Positions 48,017 through 57,855 of a stretch of DNA of 64,000 nt are shown in pieces. How positions within the stretch are numbered: the stretch's first letter is position 1; every line of letters starts with the position of its first letter. Below the pieces are notes generated by a model, which saw only the letters and a list, made by a program, of their open reading frames with translations, ran no database searches and was not told the origin of the DNA. The position numbers were made by a program, and so were the translations under genes. Source of the DNA: Armatimonadota bacterium (GTDB lineage Bacteria > Armatimonadota > SYMT01); contig JAWLHY010000005.1 in NCBI GenBank assembly GCA_041690135.1, positions 397,487-461,486 of the forward strand. The letters run 5' to 3'.

Positions 48017-50539
48017 ATGTCACGAAAAACTACCTGGATGTTCAGGTCCACGCTGATCATTGCCGCCGGGTCGCTGTTGACCTCCCTCGCCCTCGCTCCG
48101 GGGCTGCGGGCGGCGCCGCCGGCCCGTCTGGTTGTCGAGATGGATCGGCCCGGCGCCGCGGTGAGCCCCATGCTGTACGGCATCTTCTTCGAGGAGATCA
48201 ACCGTGCGGGAGATGGCGGCATCTATGCCGAGATGCTCCAGAACCGCTCCTTCGAGGACGCCCCCTTCCCCCTGGGCTGGAAGTTGGTCCAGGGGGAAGG
48301 GGCTGAGGGGAAGATGGAACTGGACCGGACTCTTCCCCTGAACGGGAAGAACCCCACCAGCCTGCGCCTGGAGATCGCGCGGCCGGGTCATCGCCTCGGC
48401 GTAGCCAGTTACGGCTTTCGCGGCGTTCCCCAGCGGCCGCGCGACCGGCCCGCGGAGTGGCTGCCGCGGTTCGAGAGCGCGTCCGGGGGGCTCGCGGTCG
48501 AACGGGGCAAGAAGTACGACCTGACGTTCTACGCCCGGACGGCGAAGGGTTTCTCCGGCCCGCTTACCGCAACCCTCGAGCGCCCGGATGGGAGGGTCCT
48601 GGCGTCGAAGGCAGTCCGGAACCTCGGTGACCGCTGGAAGAAGGTGACCCTATCCCTGACGCCGGACCGGTCCGAAACGGAGGCGCGCCTCGTGCTTTCC
48701 GCCGGAAGCCCGGGCATCGTGTGGCTCGACATGGTGTCGCTGTTTCCGCGCGACACCTACAAGGGTCGGGCCAACGGCCTCCGTGCCGACCTGATGCGGA
48801 TGATCGAACGGATGCGCCCGGCTTTCGTCCGGTTCCCCGGTGGGTGCTTTGTCGAGGGGGACGAGATCGGCAATGCGTTCCGCTGGAAGGAGACCATCGG
48901 GGATGTGGCCGAACGCCCTGGCCACTGGAACCTGTGGGGCTACCGTTCCACGAACGGCCTGGGATACCACGAGTACCTGCAGATGTGCGAGGATCTCGGT
49001 TCGGAGCCGCTCTTCGTCATCAACTGCGGGATGTCCCACCGGGCGGGGCGGATCAATGCCTATGCCGTGCCGATGGACCAGATGCAGGAGTACGTTCAGG
49101 ACGCTCTCGACGCCATCGAGTACGCCAACGGACCGGTTACCAGCAAGTGGGGCGCTCTCCGCGCAAAGGCGGGCCATCCGAAGCCGTTCAACCTCAAGTA
49201 CCTGCAGATCGGCAACGAGAACGGCGGTCCGGAGTATAACGAACGCTACGCGCTCTTTCACGACGCCCTCAAGCAGCGTTATCCCGGTGTGCAGTTGATC
49301 GCCTGCGACTGGGGCGGGATACCCCGGAACCGACCGCTGGACATCATCGATCCGCACCTCTACAGCGATCCCGAAACGATGCGGGCGCAGGCGACCCGCT
49401 ACGACCGTTACGACCGCCAGGGCCCGAAGGTCTACTTCGGCGAGTACGCGGTCACCAACCGCTCCGGCGCCGGCAACCTCCAGGCGGCCGTGGCGGAGGC
49501 GGCCTTCATGACCGGCCTGGAACGGAACGGCGACATCGTCTTCATGTCTTCCTATGCGCCCCTGCTCAGCCATGCAAGCTGGAAGGCCTGGAACCCGAAC
49601 GCCATCGTGTTCGACCAGGCCCGCATCTACGGCACGCCTTCCTACCACGTCCAGGCGATGTTCGCCAGCCATCGCGCAGATACGCTGCTGCCCGTGCAGG
49701 TGGAGCAGCCGCAGCCCACGCTGGCAACGCCCCGCGGGGTGATCGGGGTGGGCACCTGGCGCACCCAGGCCGAGTACCGCGACATTCGCGTCACAAAGGA
49801 CGGCAAGACCCTCTTCCAGAGCGATTTCTCCCAGGGCCTTCCGGGATGGAAAACCTCCCGGGGCCGCTGGGAGGTCGCGGACGGCGCCCTGCGGCAGACG
49901 GGCCGAGAAGAGGACGCGCGGGCCATTGTGGGAGACCCCGCCTGGAGCGATTACACGCTCTCGTTGAAGGCGCGCAAGTTGGGCGGAGACGAGGGCTTCC
50001 TGATCCTCTTCCAGGCGCCGGGCGACCAGACCAAGTCCTGGTGGAACCTGGGCGGCTGGGAGAACACCCTGCACGGCCTGGAAGTACCGGGAGTGCCGCT
50101 CACCCAGGTGCGGGGCCGGATCGAGACCGGCCGCTGGTACGACATTCGCATCGAGCTCCAGGGCCAGAGCATCAAGTGCTACCTGGATGGAGAACTGGTA
50201 CAGCAGGCGACCCGCACGGTGCCCCCAGCACTGTTTGCCACCGCCGGCCGCGACGAAGAGACGGGAGAGACGGTCCTGAAGGTGGTCAATGCATCGGGGC
50301 AGCCGCTGGAAACCACGATTGACCTGCGCGGGGCCCGGCCGGCACCAGTGAGAGGAAGAGCCATCGTGTTGACCGCTGCCGGGCCGCTGGACGAGAACTC
50401 CTTCGATGCACCGGAGAAGATCGCACCGCGGGAAGAAGAGGTGTGGGCGGCGGGGACTGCCTTCACTCGCACGTTCCCGGCCCATTCCGTCACCGTGCTC
50501 CGTTTGAAGGTGGGCGGTGGGGAGCGCCGGTCGCGGTGA
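48017..50539 (+). CDS. Secreted alpha-L-arabinofuranosidase (GH51) with an inserted beta-sandwich domain
   Basis: LYGIFFEEINRAGDGGIYAE, RFPGGC, IGNEN, GEYA, LERNGDIV, SYAPL. Confidence 0.92.
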   Translation: MSRKTTWMFRSTLIIAAGSLLTSLALAPGLRAAPPARLVVEMDRPGAAVSPMLYGIFFEEINRAGDGGIYAEMLQNRSFEDAPFPLGWKLVQGEGAEGKMELDRTLPLNGKNPTSLRLEIARPGHRLGVASYGFRGVPQRPRDRPAEWLPRFESASGGLAVERGKKYDLTFYARTAKGFSGPLTATLERPDGRVLASKAVRNLGDRWKKVTLSLTPDRSETEARLVLSAGSPGIVWLDMVSLFPRDTYKGRANGLRADLMRMIERMRPAFVRFPGGCFVEGDEIGNAFRWKETIGDVAERPGHWNLWGYRSTNGLGYHEYLQMCEDLGSEPLFVINCGMSHRAGRINAYAVPMDQMQEYVQDALDAIEYANGPVTSKWGALRAKAGHPKPFNLKYLQIGNENGGPEYNERYALFHDALKQRYPGVQLIACDWGGIPRNRPLDIIDPHLYSDPETMRAQATRYDRYDRQGPKVYFGEYAVTNRSGAGNLQAAVAEAAFMTGLERNGDIVFMSSYAPLLSHASWKAWNPNAIVFDQARIYGTPSYHVQAMFASHRADTLLPVQVEQPQPTLATPRGVIGVGTWRTQAEYRDIRVTKDGKTLFQSDFSQGLPGWKTSRGRWEVADGALRQTGREEDARAIVGDPAWSDYTLSLKARKLGGDEGFLILFQAPGDQTKSWWNLGGWENTLHGLEVPGVPLTQVRGRIETGRWYDIRIELQGQSIKCYLDGELVQQATRTVPPALFATAGRDEETGETVLKVVNASGQPLETTIDLRGARPAPVRGRAIVLTAAGPLDENSFDAPEKIAPREEEVWAAGTAFTRTFPAHSVTVLRLKVGGGERRSR

Positions 50540-51708
50540 GCACGCCTCCAAGCATCCAATCCGCTCTACTGAGCAGGATCAACGAGCGCAAAGTGCTGCG
50601 CTCGCTGCAGGTTTACGGTCCCCTGTCCCGCGCGGATCTCGCGCGCCAGGCCGGAATGAGTGCCCCGACCGCCTCCAAGGCGGTCGAGGCACTCCTCCAC
50701 GCCGGCCTCCTGGAAGAGACGGAGGAAACGCGAGGCCCCAGCCGGGGCCGGCCGAGTCGCAAGCTGCAGCTCGCCAGCGTGACGGCCCAGGTGCTCGGGT
50801 TCGTCATCGACGCCGAAAATTGCCGGATCGTTCCCGCCGGGCTGGACGGAACGCTGGATGATGCGCGGAACATCGAGTTTCCTACCCCGGCTACCTATGA
50901 AGCGCTGATCGATGCGGCGACTCGCCACGCGCTGCGGCTCACCCAGCGGGAAGGAGTGAAGACGCTCGGTGTGGGGGTAACGTTGCCCGGTCTGGTCGAC
51001 TATCGTCAAAAGCGGGGGGTACTTTCTCCCAACGTGCCGATCACGAACGGTCGCGCTCCTTGCCGGGACCTGGAGGCTCGCCTGGGGATTCCCTGCACGC
51101 TAATTCAGGAGGAACACGCCCTTTGCCTGGCAGAGCGCCACTTCGGCGGAGCCCGCGGCATCGACGACTTCGCCATGCTGGACGTGAGCACCGGCGTGGG
51201 GCTCGGCGTCATGAGCGGAGGCCGCCTGCTTACCGGGCACAGCGGCCTGGCGGGCGAGATCGGGCACATCACCGTGCAGGCGGATGGCCGCCCCTGCGGC
51301 TGTGGAAACCAGGGCTGCCTGGAAACGATGGCGTGCGACTCCGCGTTGGCCTGGCTGGTGTCCCAGCGGCTGGGGCGGAAGGTCACCCTCGCGGAAGTCG
51401 GAGAGCTTTACCGATCCGGCGAGATCTCGCTCGGGATGGAGTTGGACACGATCGTCCGCTATCTCGGCATCGGTGTTGCCGCAATCCTCAATCTGTTCAA
51501 CCCCTCCATGTTGTTCGTCCACGGGCGCTTGTTCCAGATCGACGAGGGGCTGTTCCCGCGGGTCGTGGAGGAGGCGCGGCGGCGCGCACTGCCGCCCTCC
51601 TATGCGGACTGTCGTATCATCCAGGCACAGGGAAGCAAACGCCAGGGCGCCGTCGCCGCCATCATCGAAGAGCGCATCGATGTCCTGATTCCCACCCAGG
51701 GCAATTAA
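50536..51708 (+). CDS. ROK-family transcriptional regulator
   Basis: N-terminal HTH (LSRADLARQAGMS, GRP), GEIGHI, CGCGNQGCLE zinc motif; GTG overlaps the GH51 stop. Confidence 0.92.
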   Translation: MSTPPSIQSALLSRINERKVLRSLQVYGPLSRADLARQAGMSAPTASKAVEALLHAGLLEETEETRGPSRGRPSRKLQLASVTAQVLGFVIDAENCRIVPAGLDGTLDDARNIEFPTPATYEALIDAATRHALRLTQREGVKTLGVGVTLPGLVDYRQKRGVLSPNVPITNGRAPCRDLEARLGIPCTLIQEEHALCLAERHFGGARGIDDFAMLDVSTGVGLGVMSGGRLLTGHSGLAGEIGHITVQADGRPCGCGNQGCLETMACDSALAWLVSQRLGRKVTLAEVGELYRSGEISLGMELDTIVRYLGIGVAAILNLFNPSMLFVHGRLFQIDEGLFPRVVEEARRRALPPSYADCRIIQAQGSKRQGAVAAIIEERIDVLIPTQGN

Positions 51709-51791
51709 TCTTCCGGAATGGGCTGGCACGCGATCTGGACACCAAATCAGGCCCGAATGGGCGACAGGTGACGCAGTCAGGATACCTCTGT

Positions 51792-51879
51792 AGCCCCGAA
51801 GGGGCGGCAAGAACATAGCCGGGGGTGCAAACCCCCGGACAGAGGCGCCCAACCCAACTAGCCCCGGAGGGGCGACAGA
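51792..51879. repeat. REP-like palindromic intergenic element, copy 2
   Basis: agccccgaaggggcggca...tagccggggg-tgcaaa-cccccggac...agccccggaggggcgacaga. Confidence 0.8.
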
Positions 51880-51904
51880 GAACAAAGCCTTGCTAACTCA
51901 AAGG

Positions 51905-52501
51905 TCAGACACCTCGCTGGGAAAGCAGGCGCTCCACGTATTTCGCCAGGATGTCGACTTCCAGGTTGACGCGGTCTCCCGGTTTCCGCGTGCCGAGATT
52001 CGTTACTTCCCAGGTGTGGGGGATGATGGCGACTTCGAACCAGTCGGGGCCGAGGCCGGCCACCGTGAGGCTGATGCCGTCGATGGTGATCGAGCCTTTC
52101 TCCACCACGTAGCGGAGGACTTCGGGTCCTGCGCGGAAACGCAGACGCCGGGAGTTGCCCTCTTCCGTAACGGACTCGAGGAGACCCGTGGCATCGACGT
52201 GACCCTGGACGATATGCCCGTCGAACCGGCCGGTCGCGGGCATGGGACGCTCCAGGTTGACTCGGTCCCCCACCCCCAGGTCGCCCAGGTTGGTGCGGCG
52301 GAGAGTCTCCGGAACGGCGTCGAAGAGGAGTTGCCCGGCTTCCGTGCCGACCACGGTCAGGCAGACACCGTTGACGGCGATGCTCGCGCCCAGGGCCGCT
52401 TCCGCCGCCAGCGACTCGGCGCGCACATGGAGACGGGCTCCCGCTTCGGTGCGGTCCAGGCGGGTGAGCTCGCCCGCGTACTCAATGATCCCGGTGAACA
52501 T
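51905..52501 (-). CDS. ribE: Riboflavin synthase
   Basis: MFTGII N-terminus, SIAVNGVCLT, GHIVQGHVD, VNLEVD. Confidence 0.96.
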   Translation of the reverse strand: MFTGIIEYAGELTRLDRTEAGARLHVRAESLAAEAALGASIAVNGVCLTVVGTEAGQLLFDAVPETLRRTNLGDLGVGDRVNLERPMPATGRFDGHIVQGHVDATGLLESVTEEGNSRRLRFRAGPEVLRYVVEKGSITIDGISLTVAGLGPDWFEVAIIPHTWEVTNLGTRKPGDRVNLEVDILAKYVERLLSQRGV

Positions 52502-53588
52502 ACCCCATGATAGCCATGTCGTCGCCGAAGCGGCGCATGCGGACGCCTTCCAAATTGATCGCGCCGGCCATCATTTCCACGCCGGCCCCGCCCACGGGTC
52601 CGGGAGCGGTTCGCCCCCCCACCAACTTCGGGGCAATGAACCAGACGACTTCATCCACCAGTCCAGCGTCGAGCAGTGACCCGGCCAGTCCCGCGCCGCC
52701 CTCACAGAGGACGGAATGGATTCCGCGGCCGGCCAGCGTCCGCAGAAGCATCCCTAACTCCAGGCGTCCCCCGCTTTCCGGGATGACCTCGATTTCAATC
52801 CCCAGGTTCGCCAACTCGTCACGGGCCGGAGATTTCGCCGATTCGCCCACGGCGATTACTGTGGGAACTTCGCGGGCGGTGCGGGCGAGATAACCGTCGC
52901 GGGGCAATTCGGCGCGGGGGTCGACGACGACCCGCACGGGATTCCGACCGCCGGGCACGCGGGCGGTCAACTGGGGATTGTCGGCTTTCGCCGTGCCGAT
53001 GCCGACCATCACCGCATCGTGCCGGTCACGGAGCCGATGGACGTAACGCCGGGAAGCCTCCCCGCTGATCCAGCGGCTATCACCCGTGTGAGTCGCGATT
53101 TTGCCGTCCAGGGTCATCGCCATTTTCAGGGTGACCCAGGCCCGGCCTCGCTCCACGGCGCAGAGGTAGGCGCGGTTCAACTCCCGGGCGTCCGCTTCCA
53201 ACAGGCCACACTCCACCTCGAGGCCCGCCTGGCGGAGTTGGGTTAGCCCGCCGCCCGCGACCCTGGGGAAGGGGTCCGCCATCGCCGCGACCACCCGGCG
53301 CACTCCGGAGGCGAGGACGGCCTCTGTGCACGGGGGAGTGCGCCCGTGGTGGCAGCAGGGCTCCAGGGTAACGTAAAGGGTGCCGCCGCGTGCTTTTTCC
53401 CCCGCCGCACGGAACGCGAACACCTCGGCGTGGGGTTCGCCGGCGCGTGGGTGCCACCCCTCCCCCACCACCTCTCCGTCTCGCACCACTATCGCCCCTA
53501 CCATGGGATTCGGAGCGGTTCGACCCTGGGCGCGGGCGGCGAGGCGCAGCGCTCGTCGCATCCAGGCGGCATCCGGGGGTGTAGCCAC
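52482..53588 (-). CDS. ribD: Bifunctional deaminase/reductase of riboflavin synthesis
   Basis: PNPMVGA, HAE, TLEPCCHHGRTPPC, TLDGKIA, CEGG. GTG at 53588 chosen as start because it abuts the upstream stop. Confidence 0.95.
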   Translation of the reverse strand: MATPPDAAWMRRALRLAARAQGRTAPNPMVGAIVVRDGEVVGEGWHPRAGEPHAEVFAFRAAGEKARGGTLYVTLEPCCHHGRTPPCTEAVLASGVRRVVAAMADPFPRVAGGGLTQLRQAGLEVECGLLEADARELNRAYLCAVERGRAWVTLKMAMTLDGKIATHTGDSRWISGEASRRYVHRLRDRHDAVMVGIGTAKADNPQLTARVPGGRNPVRVVVDPRAELPRDGYLARTAREVPTVIAVGESAKSPARDELANLGIEIEVIPESGGRLELGMLLRTLAGRGIHSVLCEGGAGLAGSLLDAGLVDEVVWFIAPKLVGGRTAPGPVGGAGVEMMAGAINLEGVRMRRFGDDMAIMGYVHRDH

Positions 53589-53589
53589 G

Positions 53590-53964
53590 TTACCGGGAAT
53601 CCTCGCCTGCGGAGGGCCGGGCGATTCCACGAACCAGTTCCTTCCGCCACTGCGCGTACTGCCGTAGAACGAACGACGCCTCGCGTACGGCCAGGATCAT
53701 GGGTACCAGGGTCAGGAGCGTAGCGAACAGCAGAAAGAGCAGGCGCTCGCGAGCAGGGCGGTCGGCCATCAGGAAGTCGGCCAGGAACCACAGTACCAGG
53801 TCGATCTCCAGGATCACGGCGGCCGTGAGACGCCGGTGAAATTGGCCGGGCGTGAGGCCCGCGCGGTTACCCGCCAGCCACCGCCAGAGCTCGTAACCGG
53901 TGTACAACCCGAACAACAGGATGGTCGCCAGAAGTAAGGGTTGAAGGTGCGAAGGTAAACCCAT
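53590..53964 (-). CDS. Hypothetical membrane protein (about 3 TM)
   Basis: Three hydrophobic segments; tightly packed between rpe and ribD. Confidence 0.7.
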   Translation of the reverse strand: MGLPSHLQPLLLATILLFGLYTGYELWRWLAGNRAGLTPGQFHRRLTAAVILEIDLVLWFLADFLMADRPARERLLFLLFATLLTLVPMILAVREASFVLRQYAQWRKELVRGIARPSAGEDSR

Positions 53965-53973
53965 TTCGCTGCC

Positions 53974-54642
53974 TCACGACACCGCGGCGTTTCGCAGGGT
54001 GCTCACCCCGGCGGCCAACCCATCAGGATGGCCGAACAGGGCGGAGCCGGCCACGAGGACGGTAGCCCCGGCCGCTACGACCGCTCCCGCCGTTTCGGCG
54101 CTGACTCCCCCGTCTACGGAGAGTTCGGCGGCGGAACGAGCGCGGTCCAGCATCTCCCGGCAGCGCCGGATCTTGTCCACCATCTGCGGAATGAACTTCT
54201 GGCCGCCGAAGCCGGGGTTCACAGTCATGATCAACACCAGGTCCAGATCCGGCAGCACTTCTTCGATCGCGCTTAGCGGCGTTGCCGGATTGAGGGCCAC
54301 GCCGGCGCCGGCGCCTTCGTCGCGGATTTGCGCCAGGAGGCGCTGCAAGTGACGACAGGCCTCCACCTGAACCGTCACGTAGTTGGCGCCCGCGCGGATG
54401 TACTCCGAAAGCAGCGCCTCCGGCCGCTCCACCATCAGGTGTACGTCGAAAGGTCGTGAGGAGTAAGGGCGCACGGCGCGGATGACGGGCGGGCCGAAAG
54501 TCAGGTTTGGAACGAAATGCCCGTCCATCACGTCCACATGGATCCAGTCCGCCCCGGCCTGTTCCGCTGCGGTTACGGAACCTCCCAGAGCTGCGAAATC
54601 TCCGGAGAGAATGGACGGGGCAATCTTGAGGGCCCGGCTCAT
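53974..54642 (-). CDS. rpe: Ribulose-phosphate 3-epimerase
   Basis: IAPSIL, HVDVMDGHFVPN, DVHLMV, MTVNPGFGGQ, VDGG. Confidence 0.96.
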   Translation of the reverse strand: MSRALKIAPSILSGDFAALGGSVTAAEQAGADWIHVDVMDGHFVPNLTFGPPVIRAVRPYSSRPFDVHLMVERPEALLSEYIRAGANYVTVQVEACRHLQRLLAQIRDEGAGAGVALNPATPLSAIEEVLPDLDLVLIMTVNPGFGGQKFIPQMVDKIRRCREMLDRARSAAELSVDGGVSAETAGAVVAAGATVLVAGSALFGHPDGLAAGVSTLRNAAVS

Positions 54643-54644
54643 CG

Positions 54645-56477
54645 TCAACGTGTCTCCCGGTGGATCAGGCGATCATTGAGGTAGACCCGAATTTGCGTCT
54701 TGCCCTCCGTCCCCTGTACGACGACCGTGTGGGCCACCTGGTCGCCCGGCATATGATCCCGATCGTACTGCGTTTCCTCGGTGCCGTCTTCGTGCCGGAC
54801 AATGATGCGGACGTGCTGCGGACCCTGGGACCGTTCGGAAATGGGGAATGCGACTTCAAGTTGGCGCTCCGGCGCATTGGTTGCGGAAGGGGTGCCGGTG
54901 CCTGGCGCGGGCTCGCCCGGCTCGTCGATTTCCGGGGCGGGATCCACGTCCACCGGCTGCGGTTCCGGGATCGGTTCCTTGCCCTTACTGACGACCAGGC
55001 TCACTGAACTCTTCTTTGCCGCCTGCGTCCCTCCCAGCGGCACCTGGGCCATCACTTCGCCCTTGGGGATGACTTCGCTGAACTCTTCCTTGGTATCGCT
55101 GAGGACGAATCCCGCGGTCCGCAGCTCCTTCTGGGCATCATCCAGCTCTTTCCCCACTACGTCGGGAATGGTGACCGGCTGGGTTCCCTGGCTCACCCAC
55201 AAGACAACCGGCTTGCCCGCGCGGACTTCGGAAGTCCCCTTCGGGTCGGTATCGAATACCTTCCCCTCCGGGACACGGTCGTTGAAGTCACGACGCACCT
55301 GGGGCACGAGGCCGAGCTTTTCCAACACCCCGGATGCTTCGGCCTCCCCCATACCGACCAGATCGGCCGGAACCGTGACCTGCTCGGGCGTGCGGGTGAG
55401 GAACATGCCGACCCCAAAGAACCCGACGAACATCAGCACGATCAGCAGGCCCAGGGCGATCAACAGTTTGAAGCTCGGGCCGCCTTCCGTCTCCGGTTCC
55501 TCGCGCCTCGCCCGGCGTGGAGGGGGCGGCGGGGCCGCAGCACGGGTCCTGGTCTTCTGGGGCAACGGTTCGGTCTCCGGCGCCGGCTTGAGCGGCGACC
55601 AGTTTAGCGGGCGATCGTTCTTGAGCGCGTCGCGGACAGCGTGGATGTCGCGCAGTAGACCCTCCAGCGTCACGTAGCGTGCCTTCGGGTCCTTCTGCAT
55701 CAGCTTGAGGGTGATGCCGTCGACCGCCGGTGGGACCGCGGGGTTGGCGGCCCGCAGCGATGGGGGCGGGTCGTGCAAGTGCCTGGCGGCAGTGGCGATC
55801 GGCGTCTCCGCGTCGAAGGGCACGTTGCCCGCCAGCATCTCATACAGAATACACCCGAGCGAGTATGCATCGCTTCGCGAGTCGGGATGGCGGCCCTGTG
55901 TGACCTCCGGCGCGGTGTAGTGAGCCGCCTGCGGGAGCGCATTCATCTGGATGCGGGTCGAGGCCGCGATGCTGGCGCCCAGGCCGAAATCCGTCAGTTT
56001 GACCCGGCCATCCGGAGTGATGATGATGTTGTCGGGCCGGATGTCGCCGTGGATGTAGCCGCTTTCGTGAGCGTAGTGCAGTGCCTCCGCGCAGGCCAGA
56101 ACGATATCGACGGTAACGGCGAGCGGGAATGGCGCTACCCGGCGGATGCGCTCCTTCAGGTTGATGCCGCGCACCCATTCCGTGACGATGACCACCGTGC
56201 CCCGTTCCTGCCAGGCCTCGATGACCTGGGCGATATTGGGGTGGCGGAGTGACGTAACGGATTGCGCCTCGGAGAGGAGACGGCTCACGAACGCCTCGTC
56301 GCTGGTGAACTCCGGCCGGAGGACCTTAATGGCCACAGTCCGCCCGGACTCCAGTTCGCGTCCGCGGTGCGTGTAAAAGAAGGTTCCATCGGCGACACGC
56401 TCACCCAACTCATACCGGTTCCGAAGAACCGGAGGGGTGGCGCCCACCGGATTAGCCGAAGGGCTTTCGGAGCTCAT
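54645..56477 (-). CDS. pknB: PASTA-domain Ser/Thr protein kinase (PknB/PrkC-like)
   Basis: VAIK, HGDIRPDN, DFG, APE; one TM helix; two PASTA domains. Confidence 0.88.
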   Translation of the reverse strand: MSSESPSANPVGATPPVLRNRYELGERVADGTFFYTHRGRELESGRTVAIKVLRPEFTSDEAFVSRLLSEAQSVTSLRHPNIAQVIEAWQERGTVVIVTEWVRGINLKERIRRVAPFPLAVTVDIVLACAEALHYAHESGYIHGDIRPDNIIITPDGRVKLTDFGLGASIAASTRIQMNALPQAAHYTAPEVTQGRHPDSRSDAYSLGCILYEMLAGNVPFDAETPIATAARHLHDPPPSLRAANPAVPPAVDGITLKLMQKDPKARYVTLEGLLRDIHAVRDALKNDRPLNWSPLKPAPETEPLPQKTRTRAAAPPPPPRRARREEPETEGGPSFKLLIALGLLIVLMFVGFFGVGMFLTRTPEQVTVPADLVGMGEAEASGVLEKLGLVPQVRRDFNDRVPEGKVFDTDPKGTSEVRAGKPVVLWVSQGTQPVTIPDVVGKELDDAQKELRTAGFVLSDTKEEFSEVIPKGEVMAQVPLGGTQAAKKSSVSLVVSKGKEPIPEPQPVDVDPAPEIDEPGEPAPGTGTPSATNAPERQLEVAFPISERSQGPQHVRIIVRHEDGTEETQYDRDHMPGDQVAHTVVVQGTEGKTQIRVYLNDRLIHRETR

Positions 56478-56485
56478 GAACTCCC

Positions 56486-56764
56486 TCAGCCTTGGCCGGA
56501 CGGCATCTTGGAGGCAGATTGCCGGCTTGCGCGCCTAAGGCTAAAGCACTTGATTATACCAGTCAGCAGAAGGGCTGCCAACAGAGGACCGGCCACACGG
56601 TCGGCTTCCGCCAACCCGGGCACCGGAGCGGTGGGGTTGTCGGCAGGTGCGAAGACGACGAGCGCGTAACCCACCAGCACCAGCAACAACCAGGCCACCG
56701 GAATTACTTGGAGAAACGACCAGCGGTCTTCGTGGTCTTCGCCCATTCCCACTTCGCTTTCCAT
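56486..56764 (-). CDS. Hypothetical membrane protein (2 TM)
   Basis: Start overlaps the aroB stop; two hydrophobic helices. Confidence 0.65.
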   Translation of the reverse strand: MESEVGMGEDHEDRWSFLQVIPVAWLLLVLVGYALVVFAPADNPTAPVPGLAEADRVAGPLLAALLLTGIIKCFSLRRASRQSASKMPSGQG

Positions 56765-57855
56765 CAGGTTGGTTGCAATACGGCCGCCGCCTCCAGTGCG
56801 AGAGCCTCCTCGACCGGCGCAACCTCCACGCGCCCGATTTCCCGGGCCAGCACGAACCGGAGGGTTCCACTCCGGGTCTTCTTATCCAGTTTCATCGCGG
56901 CAAGCAGCGCGTCCGGGTCAAGGCGCTCACTCAAGCGTACCGGCAGACCGTATGACTCGATGAGCGCCGATACTTGTTCCACCTGGGATGCGCCCAACCA
57001 GCCCAACCGGTGAGACAACCACGTCGCCGCCACCATGCCGAGCGCGACCGCCTCTCCATGCAAATACTGCCCGTAACCCGCCACCGCCTCCACGGCGTGC
57101 CCGATCGTGTGCCCATAGTTGAGGATCGCCCGCAGCCCGGCTTCGCGTTCGTCCTGCCCGACGACTTCCGCCTTGAGCTCGCACGAACGCGCCACCACGT
57201 GCGCGAGTTCATCTACTTGGTGGGCCAGAATCGCTTCCCGGTTCGATCTCAGGTATTCGAAGAACCGGGCGTCCGCGATGATCCCGTACTTGATCACCTC
57301 GGCCAGGCCGGCGCGATACTCGCGCTGCGGTAGGCTCTGGAGAGTGTTCAGATCCACCAGCACCAGCCGGGGCTGGTGGAAGGCGCCCACCAGGTTCTTG
57401 CCGCTTTCCAGATCGATGCCGGTCTTCCCTCCCACGCTGGCATCTACCTGCGCGAGCAGAGTGGTCGGCACCTGGACGAAATCGATACCTCGCAGGTACG
57501 TGGCCGCGGCAAAGCCCCCCAGGTCGCCCGCTACCCCGCCGCCCAGTGCAATGAGCGCGGAACCGCGATCCAGGCGCCCCGCGGCGAGGGCATCATACAC
57601 GTCTCCCAACTGCCGCAGGCACTTGCTGGTTTCGCCGGATGGAATGGTGATCGGTACGACCCGGTAGCCGGCATCGCGCAGGGAAGCGACCACCCTCCCT
57701 CCGTAAAGGTCGACAACGGCAGCATCTTGCACGACCGCGACCGCATCACCCTTTACCCCGGCTTCCCGGATATAGTGGCCGGCCTGCTCCAGCAGGGCGG
57801 AGCCGATCAGGATCTCGTAGCGATGGTCCGGTAGAGGGACGGTAATACGGCGCAT
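56764..57855 (-). CDS. aroB: 3-dehydroquinate synthase
   Basis: GGGVAGDLGGF, VPTTLLAQVDASVGGKT, LNYGHTIGHA, HGEAV. Confidence 0.96.
   Translation of the reverse strand: MRRITVPLPDHRYEILIGSALLEQAGHYIREAGVKGDAVAVVQDAAVVDLYGGRVVASLRDAGYRVVPITIPSGETSKCLRQLGDVYDALAAGRLDRGSALIALGGGVAGDLGGFAAATYLRGIDFVQVPTTLLAQVDASVGGKTGIDLESGKNLVGAFHQPRLVLVDLNTLQSLPQREYRAGLAEVIKYGIIADARFFEYLRSNREAILAHQVDELAHVVARSCELKAEVVGQDEREAGLRAILNYGHTIGHAVEAVAGYGQYLHGEAVALGMVAATWLSHRLGWLGASQVEQVSALIESYGLPVRLSERLDPDALLAAMKLDKKTRSGTLRFVLAREIGRVEVAPVEEALALEAAAVLQPT

Noticed and set aside
48650-50551. 633-aa minus strand ORF
   Set aside because: Antisense to the clear GH51 gene.
53590-53980. FMN riboswitch expected upstream of ribD
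   Set aside because: No intergenic space or RFN consensus; ribD-ribE are embedded in the aroK-aroB-pknB-rpe operon.
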